The notes beneath the pieces are model-generated. The model did no database searches. It saw only the letters and a program-made list of their open reading frames with translations, and was not told the DNA's origin. A stretch of 55,225 nucleotides of DNA from Patescibacteria group bacterium (GTDB taxonomy: Bacteria; Patescibacteriota; Gracilibacteria; UBA1369; PNNO01). The stretch lies in assembly GCA_042568575.1 (NCBI GenBank), contig JBHPIO010000009.1, positions 1 to 55,225 of the forward strand, in the 5' to 3' direction. Position numbers and translations under genes: made by a program. Positions within the stretch are counted from its first letter, which is position 1; each line of letters begins with the position of its first letter. Below, piece after piece: positions 1 to 8,494 of the stretch.

Positions 1-88
1 GTTTGTGATCCTCCTCAAGTATTTCTAATACTAAAAGACGTGGTTTTGTTAATTTATAACCTGCTTTTTGGATTATTTTCCTATACAT
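1..88 (-). CDS. Fur-family transcriptional regulator, N-terminal part (runs off window start)
   Basis: Hand translation from ATG at 88 (minus): MYRKIIQKAGYKLTKPRLLVLEILEEDHK, matching the Fur/Zur/PerR N-terminus (xxAGLKxTxPRxxILExL). Not in ORF track. Confidence 0.85.
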   Translation of the reverse strand, partial: MYRKIIQKAGYKLTKPRLLVLEILEEDHK

Positions 89-121
89 GTATATATACTT
101 TAAAAGTAGTTCGACGATACA

Positions 122-146
122 CTAAATGCAAATGATTTGCAATTAG
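122..146. promoter_or_regulatory. 7-1-7 inverted repeat, candidate Fur-family operator
   Basis: TGCAAAT-G-ATTTGCA (127-141) perfect, flanked by CTAAA/ATTAG; about 40 bp upstream of the Fur-family gene. Confidence 0.65.
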
Positions 147-158
147 CCTTTGATTGGC

Positions 159-207
159 TTGATTTTTGTCAGATATATTTATACAATAGTAATGAAACAT
201 ATTTCAT
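159..207 (+). promoter_or_regulatory. Sigma70 promoter plus downstream inverted repeat for DUF134 gene
   Basis: TTGATT(159-164)-17bp-TACAAT(182-187); ATGAAA-CATA-TTTCAT at 192-207. Confidence 0.55.
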
Positions 208-218
208 AATTAACGAGT

Positions 219-671
219 ATGCCAAGACCAAGAAAATGCAGAAAAATAAGAGGGAATTTTGATGTTTATTATTACAAGCCAAAAGGAGTAGGGCTTTCTA
301 AGTTGGGACAAGTTGACTTAGAGCTTGATGAAATTGAAGCTATACGGCTTGTAGACTTAGAAGGTTTAAGTATGGAAGAAGCAGCAACTAGTATGAAAAT
401 ATCTAAACCAACGATATGCAGAATGGTAAATTCCGGGAGAAAAAAGTTAGCTGATGCCATATGTAATGGCAAGGCAATATCTATTCAAGATTATTATTTA
501 ACCAATTCTAACATGCCAAATTTTGACAAAACAGGTCCTGAAGGTGAGGGGCCAAAAACAGGCAGACAAATGGGTAAATGCGAAGGAGCTAAAAATGCTG
601 ATTCATCTTTCAGAAGAAGAGTAGATGAAAATAGGCGAGGAATGAGGCGAGGAAGACGAGGAAGAAATTAA
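219..671 (+). CDS. DUF134 (UPF0251) HTH protein with C-terminal DUF5320-like segment
   Basis: MPRPRKCRKI...YYKPKG...EIEAIRLVDLEGLSMEEAA..MKISKPT is DUF134-like; tail MPNFDKTGPEGEGPKTGRQMGKC is DUF5320-like. Confidence 0.8.
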   Translation: MPRPRKCRKIRGNFDVYYYKPKGVGLSKLGQVDLELDEIEAIRLVDLEGLSMEEAATSMKISKPTICRMVNSGRKKLADAICNGKAISIQDYYLTNSNMPNFDKTGPEGEGPKTGRQMGKCEGAKNADSSFRRRVDENRRGMRRGRRGRN

Positions 672-768
672 GTCCTACTTTATGCACCTCCGCGAGTACT
701 TAAAGTCCTTGGCTTATTTAAGGCATTTTGTTAAACATATGCTAAAATAAAAAAAATAATAAAACACT

Positions 769-1686
769 ATGTCTTACTTTCTCGCCCTCTTGTTGAAAAT
801 CATCCCTCTATACGTATTAATTGCGCTTGGTTACATTGCCAGCAAAAACAAATCTATTCGCAAAGAAACAATTTCTTCTCTGCTTATATATATTTTTGCA
901 CCAGTGGTTGTTTTTCATAGCGTTATACAAATGGAATTAAAGCCTGAGTTGTTAACGCTACCTTTTCTAATGTTTGGATTGTGTGCTATTGCTGCTGCCC
1001 TCTTTTATTTTATTGGGAAACTTTTTTGGAAAGATGCACATAAAAACATACTTGCTTTTGCAGCAAGTCAGGGAAATGCTGGGTATTTTGGTATTCCAGT
1101 TGCATTGATGCTTTTCGGACAGGATATTTTAGGGATCTATATATTATTATGGTTGGGAGCGTATATTTTCGGATATACAGGTGGTTATTTGGTTGTTGCT
1201 CATGGTAAGCATACTCTTAGCGAAAGTCTTCGGAAATTTGCAAAAGTACCAGTGATTTATGCTTTCATATTAGCTTTGATATTTAATTTTTTGGGAATAA
1301 ATTTAGGTGAAAGTATTTTAGGAATAACCGAAAAATTTACTGGAGCATACGCTATTCTGGGAATGATGATCCTTGGATTAAGTCTTTCAAATTTAAAGAA
1401 AACCTCTCTCGATTGGACTTTCACAATACTGGCATTTATTGCTCGTTTTGTTTTTTGGCCTATTTTAGCGTTTCTTGTAATCTACGTAGATCAAAACTTT
1501 TGGCATATTTACGATGATACTATTCATCAGCTCATTATACTTATCTCTATAGTTCCGATTGCTGCTGATACGGTGGCGTTTGCGACAGAATTTAACACTC
1601 ATCCGCAAAAAGTGGCATTAACTGTATTCCTCAGTACTCTCTTTGCGCTTGTTTACATTCCAGCAATTTTGTCTTTGGTGTTTTAA
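769..1686 (+). CDS. AEC (auxin efflux carrier) family transporter
   Basis: About 10 TM segments; GNAGYFGIPVALMLFG motif; C-terminal P-x-A and STL motifs. Confidence 0.85.
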   Translation: MSYFLALLLKIIPLYVLIALGYIASKNKSIRKETISSLLIYIFAPVVVFHSVIQMELKPELLTLPFLMFGLCAIAAALFYFIGKLFWKDAHKNILAFAASQGNAGYFGIPVALMLFGQDILGIYILLWLGAYIFGYTGGYLVVAHGKHTLSESLRKFAKVPVIYAFILALIFNFLGINLGESILGITEKFTGAYAILGMMILGLSLSNLKKTSLDWTFTILAFIARFVFWPILAFLVIYVDQNFWHIYDDTIHQLIILISIVPIAADTVAFATEFNTHPQKVALTVFLSTLFALVYIPAILSLVF

Positions 1687-1762
1687 GTAAACCTTTGAAA
1701 GCGGAGCTCCATGAACTTACTGCTTGCACAAACCACTTCTAGATATGCTATAATCCCATTCG

Positions 1763-3400
1763 ATGAATAATGAATTAAAACAATTCTTGGATCGTATTTC
1801 GCCATCTTTTGATGGCAGGAAGTTTGATATTCCTTACCCAGAACTGAATTCTGAAGAAAGGTTGAGGCTTAGGACTGCTCATAGAAATGAGAGGTTTATT
1901 TATAAGCGTAAATCTGACGTAGACGGTAAACAAATTGTTAGTATCTATTCTCCAGATAAGCCATACAAGATTTATCCACAAGATTATTGGTTTAGCGATA
2001 ATTGGGATTCTATTGATTACGGAAGAGATTTCGATTTCAATCGTGGATTTTTTGAGCAGTTTCAGGAACTTCAGATGGATGTTCCCAGAGCAAACATGAT
2101 GCAAATGCAAAATGAGAATTCGGAATACACCACAGGAACAGGTTTCTGTCGTAACTGTTATTTAATCAATTCTTCGGAACATTGTGAAGACTGTTATTAC
2201 GGTAAACTTTTTCAGAATTGCAAGGATTGCGTGGATAGTTCTTATGTTTATGATAGCGAACTTTGTTATGGATGTTTTAATGTTAGAGGTCTTTATAATT
2301 GTATGTTTGTTTATAATTCAACCAATTCAAGTGATTGTTCGTATTGTGATAATGTGACCAGATGCAAAAATTGTTTTTTATGCACCAATCTAAATGGCAA
2401 GGAATACTACTTTTTGAATGAAAAATGCTCAAAAGATGAGTATCAGGAAAAAATAAAAGATTTCACAGGTGGATATGAATCTCAAAAGAAAGCTTTATTA
2501 GAATTTAATAAAATACGTAAAGAAAGAATTAATAAATACGCAGAAATATTAAATTGTGAAAACTGCACCGGAGACTTTTTGAAAAACTCAAAAAATTGTC
2601 ATAACGCATTTGATGTAGTGGATAGCGAAGATTGTCTTAATTTACATGTTGGAGTTAAATGTAAAGATGTCTACGATTCTTCAAATATGTATGAAAAACC
2701 CGAGCTTTCTTACATGACTTTAGGTGTAATAGAAACTTTTAATTGCCACTTTTCTTTATATGTATTTAATTGCACTGACATGTGGTATTCAGATACCTGC
2801 TACAACTGTTTCGATTGTTTTGGATGTGTCGGTTTGAGGAATAAAAAATACTGTATTTTTAATAAGCAATATAGCAAAGAGGAGTATGAGCCATTAGTGG
2901 CTAGAATTATTTCTAAAATGCAGGAAGAAAGGGAATGGGGGCAATTCTTCCCAAAGGAACTTTCTCCATTTGGTTATAATGAAACTCTGGCTAATGAATA
3001 TTTGCCTTTAAGTAAGGAAGAAGCTTTGAAGAGAGGATTTAAATGGAGTGATTACGAAAAGCCTTTGGTAGATACTTCGCAGTCAATGGAAGCCAATGAA
3101 CTTCCAGATAAAATAGAAGACGTTTCCGACGACATCCTGAAAAAAGCAATTAAATGTGAAGTAAGCGGACGTCCTTTTGCTATTAATTCCCAGGAATTTA
3201 GATTTTATAAAAAGTTAGGGATACCCTTACCAAGAAAACATCCCGATATAAGATATGATGAACGTGTTGCACTAAGAAAGCCCCGTAAGTTGTGGGAAAG
3301 AAAATGTGATAAATGTAATGACTCTGTAAATAGTGTTTTCGATCAAGATTCGAAAGAAAAAGTATATTGTGAAAAATGTTATTTGGAAGAAGTTTATTAA
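1763..3400 (+). CDS. Cys-rich repeat / zinc-ribbon protein (CPR-expanded family), paralog 1
   Basis: RNER..Y.R, SIYSPDKPYK, Cys/Asn repeats, CFGCVGLRNKKYCIFNKQYSKEEY, EWGQFFP, C-terminal VYCEKCYLEEVY shared with 12735-14324. Confidence 0.8.
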   Translation: MNNELKQFLDRISPSFDGRKFDIPYPELNSEERLRLRTAHRNERFIYKRKSDVDGKQIVSIYSPDKPYKIYPQDYWFSDNWDSIDYGRDFDFNRGFFEQFQELQMDVPRANMMQMQNENSEYTTGTGFCRNCYLINSSEHCEDCYYGKLFQNCKDCVDSSYVYDSELCYGCFNVRGLYNCMFVYNSTNSSDCSYCDNVTRCKNCFLCTNLNGKEYYFLNEKCSKDEYQEKIKDFTGGYESQKKALLEFNKIRKERINKYAEILNCENCTGDFLKNSKNCHNAFDVVDSEDCLNLHVGVKCKDVYDSSNMYEKPELSYMTLGVIETFNCHFSLYVFNCTDMWYSDTCYNCFDCFGCVGLRNKKYCIFNKQYSKEEYEPLVARIISKMQEEREWGQFFPKELSPFGYNETLANEYLPLSKEEALKRGFKWSDYEKPLVDTSQSMEANELPDKIEDVSDDILKKAIKCEVSGRPFAINSQEFRFYKKLGIPLPRKHPDIRYDERVALRKPRKLWERKCDKCNDSVNSVFDQDSKEKVYCEKCYLEEVY

Positions 3401-3406
3401 TGGTTG

Positions 3407-3453
3407 GAAAGCCTAAACCTTCTGTAGGTGGAGCTTCAACAGATAAGGCTTTC
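3407..3453 (+). terminator. Hairpin after Cys-rich gene (terminator or REP-like remnant)
   Basis: GAAAGCCT...AGGCTTTC outer stem, TCTGT/ACAGA inner stem, central GGTGGAGCTTCAAC. Confidence 0.4.
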
Positions 3454-3521
3454 TTGTATATTAAGCTTTTACATTGAGAAGAAAAGGATTAAAGGCTATC
3501 ATTCAAAGGCTTATTTCTTGA

Positions 3522-5303
3522 ATGAATTTTATGGCGACCTTATTACGAATTAACGGTTTATCTAAATCTTACAATGCACAAACAGTTTTAGATGATGCTG
3601 GGTTAGTGGTTAACGATAGGCAAAAAATTGGTGTAATTGGAAGGAATGGTTGCGGTAAAACAACTTTGTTTAAAATAATTGTTGGAGATGAAGACTTTGA
3701 TCAAGGAGAAGTTGATTTACATGAAGGGACAAGAATTGGATATTTAACACAACATAGTGAATACGAAGAGAATGAGACCGTAATAGATTACTTAATGAGG
3801 TCTAGTGGCAGAGAAGACTTTGAATGCGGTAAAGTTGCGGGGAGTTTTCAGATTAAAAATGAGATTTTAAATACAAAAGTTGCTTCATTGCCAGGTGGAT
3901 ATCAAATGAGGGTAAAGTTGATTGCAACGCTTTTGAAAGAGCCAAATCTATTACTCCTGGACGAACCGACCAATTACTTGGATCTTTCAACGCAGATACT
4001 TTTGGAAAAGTTTTTGGAAAAATTTAGAGGGAGTGTTTTGTTGATATCTCATGATCGAGAATTTATTAAGAGAACTTGTAGTGAGACTTTGGAAATTGAG
4101 CATGGAAAGACAACTTTATTTCCACGGCCAATTGGAGAGTACCTGGCTTTTAAAGAGGAGCGACTAATGATGGCAGAAAAAATGAATTTAAAGGCCGATC
4201 AAAAGAAAAAACAACTACAAAAATTCGTAGATAGATTTGGAGCTAAGGCTAGTAAGGCGTCTCAGGCAAAATCAAAAATGAAACAAATTGAAAGGATAAA
4301 AACTATTGAAATTAATCATCCTTTGAGTACAACAAGAATAAATATTCCAAAAGTTGAAGATAGAAAGGGTATTGCTTTGAAGCTTGAAGATTTGGAAATC
4401 GGGTATAGCGATAAATCAGTAGCTCGGTGTACTAATTTGAATATTGAAAGAGGCCAGAAGATTGCAGTTCTTGGTGATAATGGTCAGGGAAAAACAACTC
4501 TACTCAAAACTATTGCCGGTGAAATTGATGAACTCTCAGGAAGTTACAAATGGGGGCATAACATTAAGATTGCTTATTATGCTCAGCATATACCTGCTAC
4601 TTTAAATTTCGATGAAAGTGTAAAAGAGCATCTTACAAGAATAGCTCCTGATGATGTTACCGAGGAGGAGATTTTTAAAATGGCGGGAAATTTTTTATTT
4701 AAAGGTGAAGCGTTGAAGAAAAAAATACCGGTACTTAGTGGTGGTGAGAAAGCCAGAGTTTGTTTAGCAAAAATTTTATTGCAGAAAAATCAGGTACTTT
4801 TACTTGATGAACCGACGAATCACTTGGATTTTGAGACAGTCGAGGCTTTGGCTCAAGCTTTAAGAGATTCCAATGTGATCGTGATATTTGTAAGTCATAA
4901 TCGTACATTTGTGGAAATTGTGGCTAATGGCATTATTGAAGTGAAAAATAGGAAGATTAAACCTTATCTTCATAATTATGAAGAGTATGTTTATCATCTT
5001 CAAAAAGATATTGAGGAAGACTTGGGTTTAACTAGTGATATGCATCTGAATTTAGGGGGAGATGAGAAAAGGAAATTAAAGATGCAAATTAAGAAGGCTA
5101 AAAAACAATTGAAGTTTTTGGAAAAGGATATGATTCGGTTGGAAAAAGAAAAAACAATTTTATTGGAATGGTTTGAGGCAAATTTTAAAGAATTTTCTGA
5201 GGATAAAACGAAACGTTTAGCTGAAATTGAGAAGGAGGTTACTGAAAAAGAGCAAGAATGGGTGGAGCTTGAAATGGAACTAGAAGTCTTGAATAACCAG
5301 TGA
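3522..5303 (+). CDS. ABC-F family ATPase
   Basis: Two ABC domains (GRNGCGKTT, GDNGQGKTT; LLLLDEPTN twice; LSGGEKAR), linker, C-terminal coiled coil, no TM. Confidence 0.93.
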   Translation: MNFMATLLRINGLSKSYNAQTVLDDAGLVVNDRQKIGVIGRNGCGKTTLFKIIVGDEDFDQGEVDLHEGTRIGYLTQHSEYEENETVIDYLMRSSGREDFECGKVAGSFQIKNEILNTKVASLPGGYQMRVKLIATLLKEPNLLLLDEPTNYLDLSTQILLEKFLEKFRGSVLLISHDREFIKRTCSETLEIEHGKTTLFPRPIGEYLAFKEERLMMAEKMNLKADQKKKQLQKFVDRFGAKASKASQAKSKMKQIERIKTIEINHPLSTTRINIPKVEDRKGIALKLEDLEIGYSDKSVARCTNLNIERGQKIAVLGDNGQGKTTLLKTIAGEIDELSGSYKWGHNIKIAYYAQHIPATLNFDESVKEHLTRIAPDDVTEEEIFKMAGNFLFKGEALKKKIPVLSGGEKARVCLAKILLQKNQVLLLDEPTNHLDFETVEALAQALRDSNVIVIFVSHNRTFVEIVANGIIEVKNRKIKPYLHNYEEYVYHLQKDIEEDLGLTSDMHLNLGGDEKRKLKMQIKKAKKQLKFLEKDMIRLEKEKTILLEWFEANFKEFSEDKTKRLAEIEKEVTEKEQEWVELEMELEVLNNQ

Positions 5304-5394
5304 TTATGGTCAAGTACGTTAAGCATGCGAAGTTTTTTCAGCTTTCCTTTTTTTGAAAATTAAGTTAAATTGAACTACTTTGCAAAAATTCACC

Positions 5395-6585
5395 ATGGTC
5401 AACAAAATCGACAAAATATTGCTCAACAAAGTTGTAGGGATACCTATATTCTTTCTTATAATATGGGTTATGTTTCAGGCTGTTTTCTCGATTGGACAAA
5501 TACCAATGGATCTTATTGATTTTGCTATTTTTAGCCTACAAAATTGGCTGACGGCAAAGTTACCAGATACTATTGGAAGTTCACTTTTGATTGATGGCGT
5601 GATTGGAGGCGTAGGTGCAATGATTGTATTTCTTCCATTAATAATATTGTTATTCTTCTTTATTTCGGTTTTTCGGCAAACCGGATATTTGAGTCGTATT
5701 TCTATTTTATTCGAAAAAGTTTTTAACAAAATTGGATTGAGTGGGAAGTCGATAGTTCCTTTGTCTATGGGATTTGGGTGTAATGTTCCGGCAATAATGG
5801 CGCTTAACACTTTAGAAACGAAAAGGGAAAAACTAATCACTGCAATGATGATTCCATTTCTAAGTTGTAGTGCAACTCTTCCTATTTACACCCTTCTTAT
5901 TGCAGCATTTTTTGAAGTTGAATGGAGGGGGACTGTATTGTTTGCACTATACGTTGGCGGAATTTTCCTTTCTTTCATTACGGGAATGATTTTTCATAAA
6001 GTCTTAAAAAAAGGAGAATTAAAAAAATCTTCTGATTTACCAAAATACAAAATCCCTAAATTAAAAAGCATTTTAAGTGCGATTTGGATTACTGCAAAAT
6101 CATTTTTGTTTAAGGCCGGGAAAATAATCCTGCCTTTTTCAATAATTATGTGGTTTTTATTCACATTCCCACTTACAGAAGGAAATCCTGCTCAAATAGA
6201 AGAATCATACGCGGCACAAATAGGAATGGCAGTAGAACCAATATTCGAACCAATTGGATTTGATTGGAGAATCAACACCGCTTTATTTGGAGCGCTTGGT
6301 GCAAAAGAAGTATTCATTTCTACACTTGGAATTTTTTATTCATTAGACGTAGGTACAGACGAAGGATTAATCCAAGCTATGCAAAATGATCCCAACATCA
6401 CACCTCTAACAGCTGTCCTCATCTTAATCTTCATTCTCGTATATTCCCCCTGCGTACCAGTAATCGCAACAATGAAAGAGCAATTCAGCTCTAGATGGGC
6501 ATTCATAGCATTCATATATCCCACTGTCCTTGCGTGGGTAATATGTTTTATCATTTATCAAACGGTGATACGTATAATGTTTTAG
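5395..6585 (+). CDS. FeoB-like ferrous iron transporter, membrane domain only
   Basis: IDKILLNKVVGIPIF, GFGCNVPAIM, IPFLSCSATLPIY, AKEVFISTLG, YSPCVPVIA are FeoB gate/C-terminal motifs; no G-domain. ATG 5395 preferred over TTG 5380. Confidence 0.85.
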   Translation: MVNKIDKILLNKVVGIPIFFLIIWVMFQAVFSIGQIPMDLIDFAIFSLQNWLTAKLPDTIGSSLLIDGVIGGVGAMIVFLPLIILLFFFISVFRQTGYLSRISILFEKVFNKIGLSGKSIVPLSMGFGCNVPAIMALNTLETKREKLITAMMIPFLSCSATLPIYTLLIAAFFEVEWRGTVLFALYVGGIFLSFITGMIFHKVLKKGELKKSSDLPKYKIPKLKSILSAIWITAKSFLFKAGKIILPFSIIMWFLFTFPLTEGNPAQIEESYAAQIGMAVEPIFEPIGFDWRINTALFGALGAKEVFISTLGIFYSLDVGTDEGLIQAMQNDPNITPLTAVLILIFILVYSPCVPVIATMKEQFSSRWAFIAFIYPTVLAWVICFIIYQTVIRIMF

Positions 6586-6609
6586 AAATGAATGCAGTGC
6601 GAACATAAG

Positions 6610-7335
6610 CTATTTCCAGCTTATTTTGAAAATTGTCCTCAATGTCTCTGCAACTTCCTTGTTATCTATGACGATGGCAAATGCATCTTGGAATAGGTTT
6701 AGTAACAACACCTTGTCTTCAAATATTGCTATTGAAGAATAAATCATCCCCTTATTTTTTGGGAAGTATTGTATTTCGCGCAATTCAGCTTTATTTAGTT
6801 TGCTTAACCTTTCGTGAATTTTGTCTTTTTTAGCAATTGCCTTTAAATTAATCTTCTTTTTTACTCTGGCTTTTATAAAATCGTTCATAAATTTTTCACC
6901 AAGTTTTTCCTCAAGATCTCCGTGTATACCAAATTCAAAAACGTCAGTTTTACTATCCAGAATCATCGAGTATGCTTTTCTGCAGCCTTCGGTGCCTTCA
7001 AAAAATGTTACCTTTGGCTCTGAAGTGTAAGGAGATTTAAATTCTTTAAGTAAAGGAATGGTTTTGTCTAAAGCGCTCTTGTCATCTTCTATCTCTTTAG
7101 TCTTGAGTTTTTCAAAGTCAGACGGATCAGCATAAAAGTACTGAACTCTTCCGCGTTGCGATTTCCTTACATATCCTTTCTTTAATAAACCATCAAAAAG
7201 AAATAAAATTGTTGATTTTGGATAACCGGTTTTCTTGGCTATAACTGAAGCTGGTTGTGTTCCAAATTCGAGTAGAGCCAAATAAACATCTGCTTCTTTT
7301 TCTGTAAATCCCAATTCTAATAATAATTTCTTCAT
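6610..7335 (-). CDS. TrmB-family transcriptional regulator
   Basis: LGFTEKEADVYLALLEFG..ASVIAKKTGYPKST wHTH; PKVTFFEG. Start reassigned to ATG 7335. Confidence 0.85.
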   Translation of the reverse strand: MKKLLLELGFTEKEADVYLALLEFGTQPASVIAKKTGYPKSTILFLFDGLLKKGYVRKSQRGRVQYFYADPSDFEKLKTKEIEDDKSALDKTIPLLKEFKSPYTSEPKVTFFEGTEGCRKAYSMILDSKTDVFEFGIHGDLEEKLGEKFMNDFIKARVKKKINLKAIAKKDKIHERLSKLNKAELREIQYFPKNKGMIYSSIAIFEDKVLLLNLFQDAFAIVIDNKEVAETLRTIFKISWK

Positions 7336-7340
7336 AAGGT

Positions 7341-7358
7341 CGTCAGTAAGTGTTGACG
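7341..7358. promoter_or_regulatory. Candidate autoregulatory operator of TrmB paralog 1
   Basis: CGTCAG-N6-TTGACG between minus-strand -10 (TATAAT 7364-7369) and ATG 7335. Confidence 0.5.
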
Positions 7359-7433
7359 TTAATATTATACTACAGATTGACGTAAAATCAAGCATGATAT
7401 ATGATCGAACACTGATTACTAACAATAATAGCG

Positions 7434-8144
7434 ATGACTAAACTTAACTACCTTAGCGACTCTTTTATTTTTGAGTCACAAGCAACGGTTAAAGAAATAA
7501 AACAGACTGAAGTAGGTATGGCAGTTGTACTCGATCAAACTATTTTTTATCCACAAGGAGGAGGTCAGCCTGCAGATAAAGGCATAATATATTCGGACGA
7601 TGCAGAATTTGAAGTAGTTGATGTTAGATTGGATAGAAGTGGTGATGTGTACCATTATGGGGGATATGATAAAGGAGAGTTTGTAGTAGGTGATACTGTT
7701 AACTTGAAAATTGATAAAGATAGGAGAGTTAAAAATACAAAACTACACTCTGCCGGGCACTTGCTGGATGCAGCTCTTGAAAAGCTTGGTATTGATGAGA
7801 TTAAGCCGGTAAAAGGATTCCATTTCTCGGATGGGCCATATGTTGAATATGAAGGTATGCTTGAGAACCCATGGGAATATGTTAAAAAGGTTGAAGAAAC
7901 TGCAAATGAAATGATCAAGGAAAAAGTTGAAGTCGAGAAAAAAGAATTATCAAATGAAGAGGCAGAAAAAAGAGGAGTCTGGGCGCCTCCAGGTAAATCT
8001 GCAAGAATTATTAATTTTAAAGGTTATAAGTCTTGTGGTTGTGGAGGAACTCACGTCAATAATGCTGGTGAAATTGGCAAAATCACAATACGCAAAATTT
8101 CTTCTAAAAAAGGGAAGACGAGGATTGCTTACATAGTAGAGTAA
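7434..8144 (+). CDS. alaX: Alanyl-tRNA editing protein AlaX
   Basis: LDQTIFYPQGGGQPADKG, HSAGH and CGGTHV zinc-binding motifs. Confidence 0.9.
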   Translation: MTKLNYLSDSFIFESQATVKEIKQTEVGMAVVLDQTIFYPQGGGQPADKGIIYSDDAEFEVVDVRLDRSGDVYHYGGYDKGEFVVGDTVNLKIDKDRRVKNTKLHSAGHLLDAALEKLGIDEIKPVKGFHFSDGPYVEYEGMLENPWEYVKKVEETANEMIKEKVEVEKKELSNEEAEKRGVWAPPGKSARIINFKGYKSCGCGGTHVNNAGEIGKITIRKISSKKGKTRIAYIVE

Positions 8145-8165
8145 AGCATGTGCTAAAATATCCAC

Positions 8166-8417
8166 ATGCAAAAATACTATACCTACTTAGCGCGCTGTAA
8201 CGACGATAGTTTGTATGCAGGATATACGACTGATTTAGAGGAGCGTGAAGCGAAACATAACGAGGGAAAAGGCGCTCGTTATACACGTATGCGCAGACCA
8301 GTAAAAATCGTGTATCACGAAGAATTTAAAACAAAATCAGAAGCGATGAAACGTGAGTATCAATTGAAACGACTTAAAAAACAGGAGAAGGAGAGCTTGA
8401 CATTGGCACAAACATGA
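8166..8417 (+). CDS. GIY-YIG nuclease (UPF0213/YazA-like)
   Basis: YTYLARCNDDSLYAGYTTDLEER..KHNEGKGARYTR..RPV; EAMKREYQLKRL. Confidence 0.9.
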   Translation: MQKYYTYLARCNDDSLYAGYTTDLEEREAKHNEGKGARYTRMRRPVKIVYHEEFKTKSEAMKREYQLKRLKKQEKESLTLAQT

Positions 8418-8494
8418 TGTATTAATTGCATCTCGACAAATTCCTTCTGCTAGATTTAAGGAGTTCATAGAGACTTACTTAAATAAGCATTAAT

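Noticed and set aside
7336-7425. ORF-track N-terminal extensions (also 26214, 40043, 45470, 51679)
   Set aside because: They run through promoter/terminator elements or upstream genes; downstream ATGs match family starts or RBS positions better.
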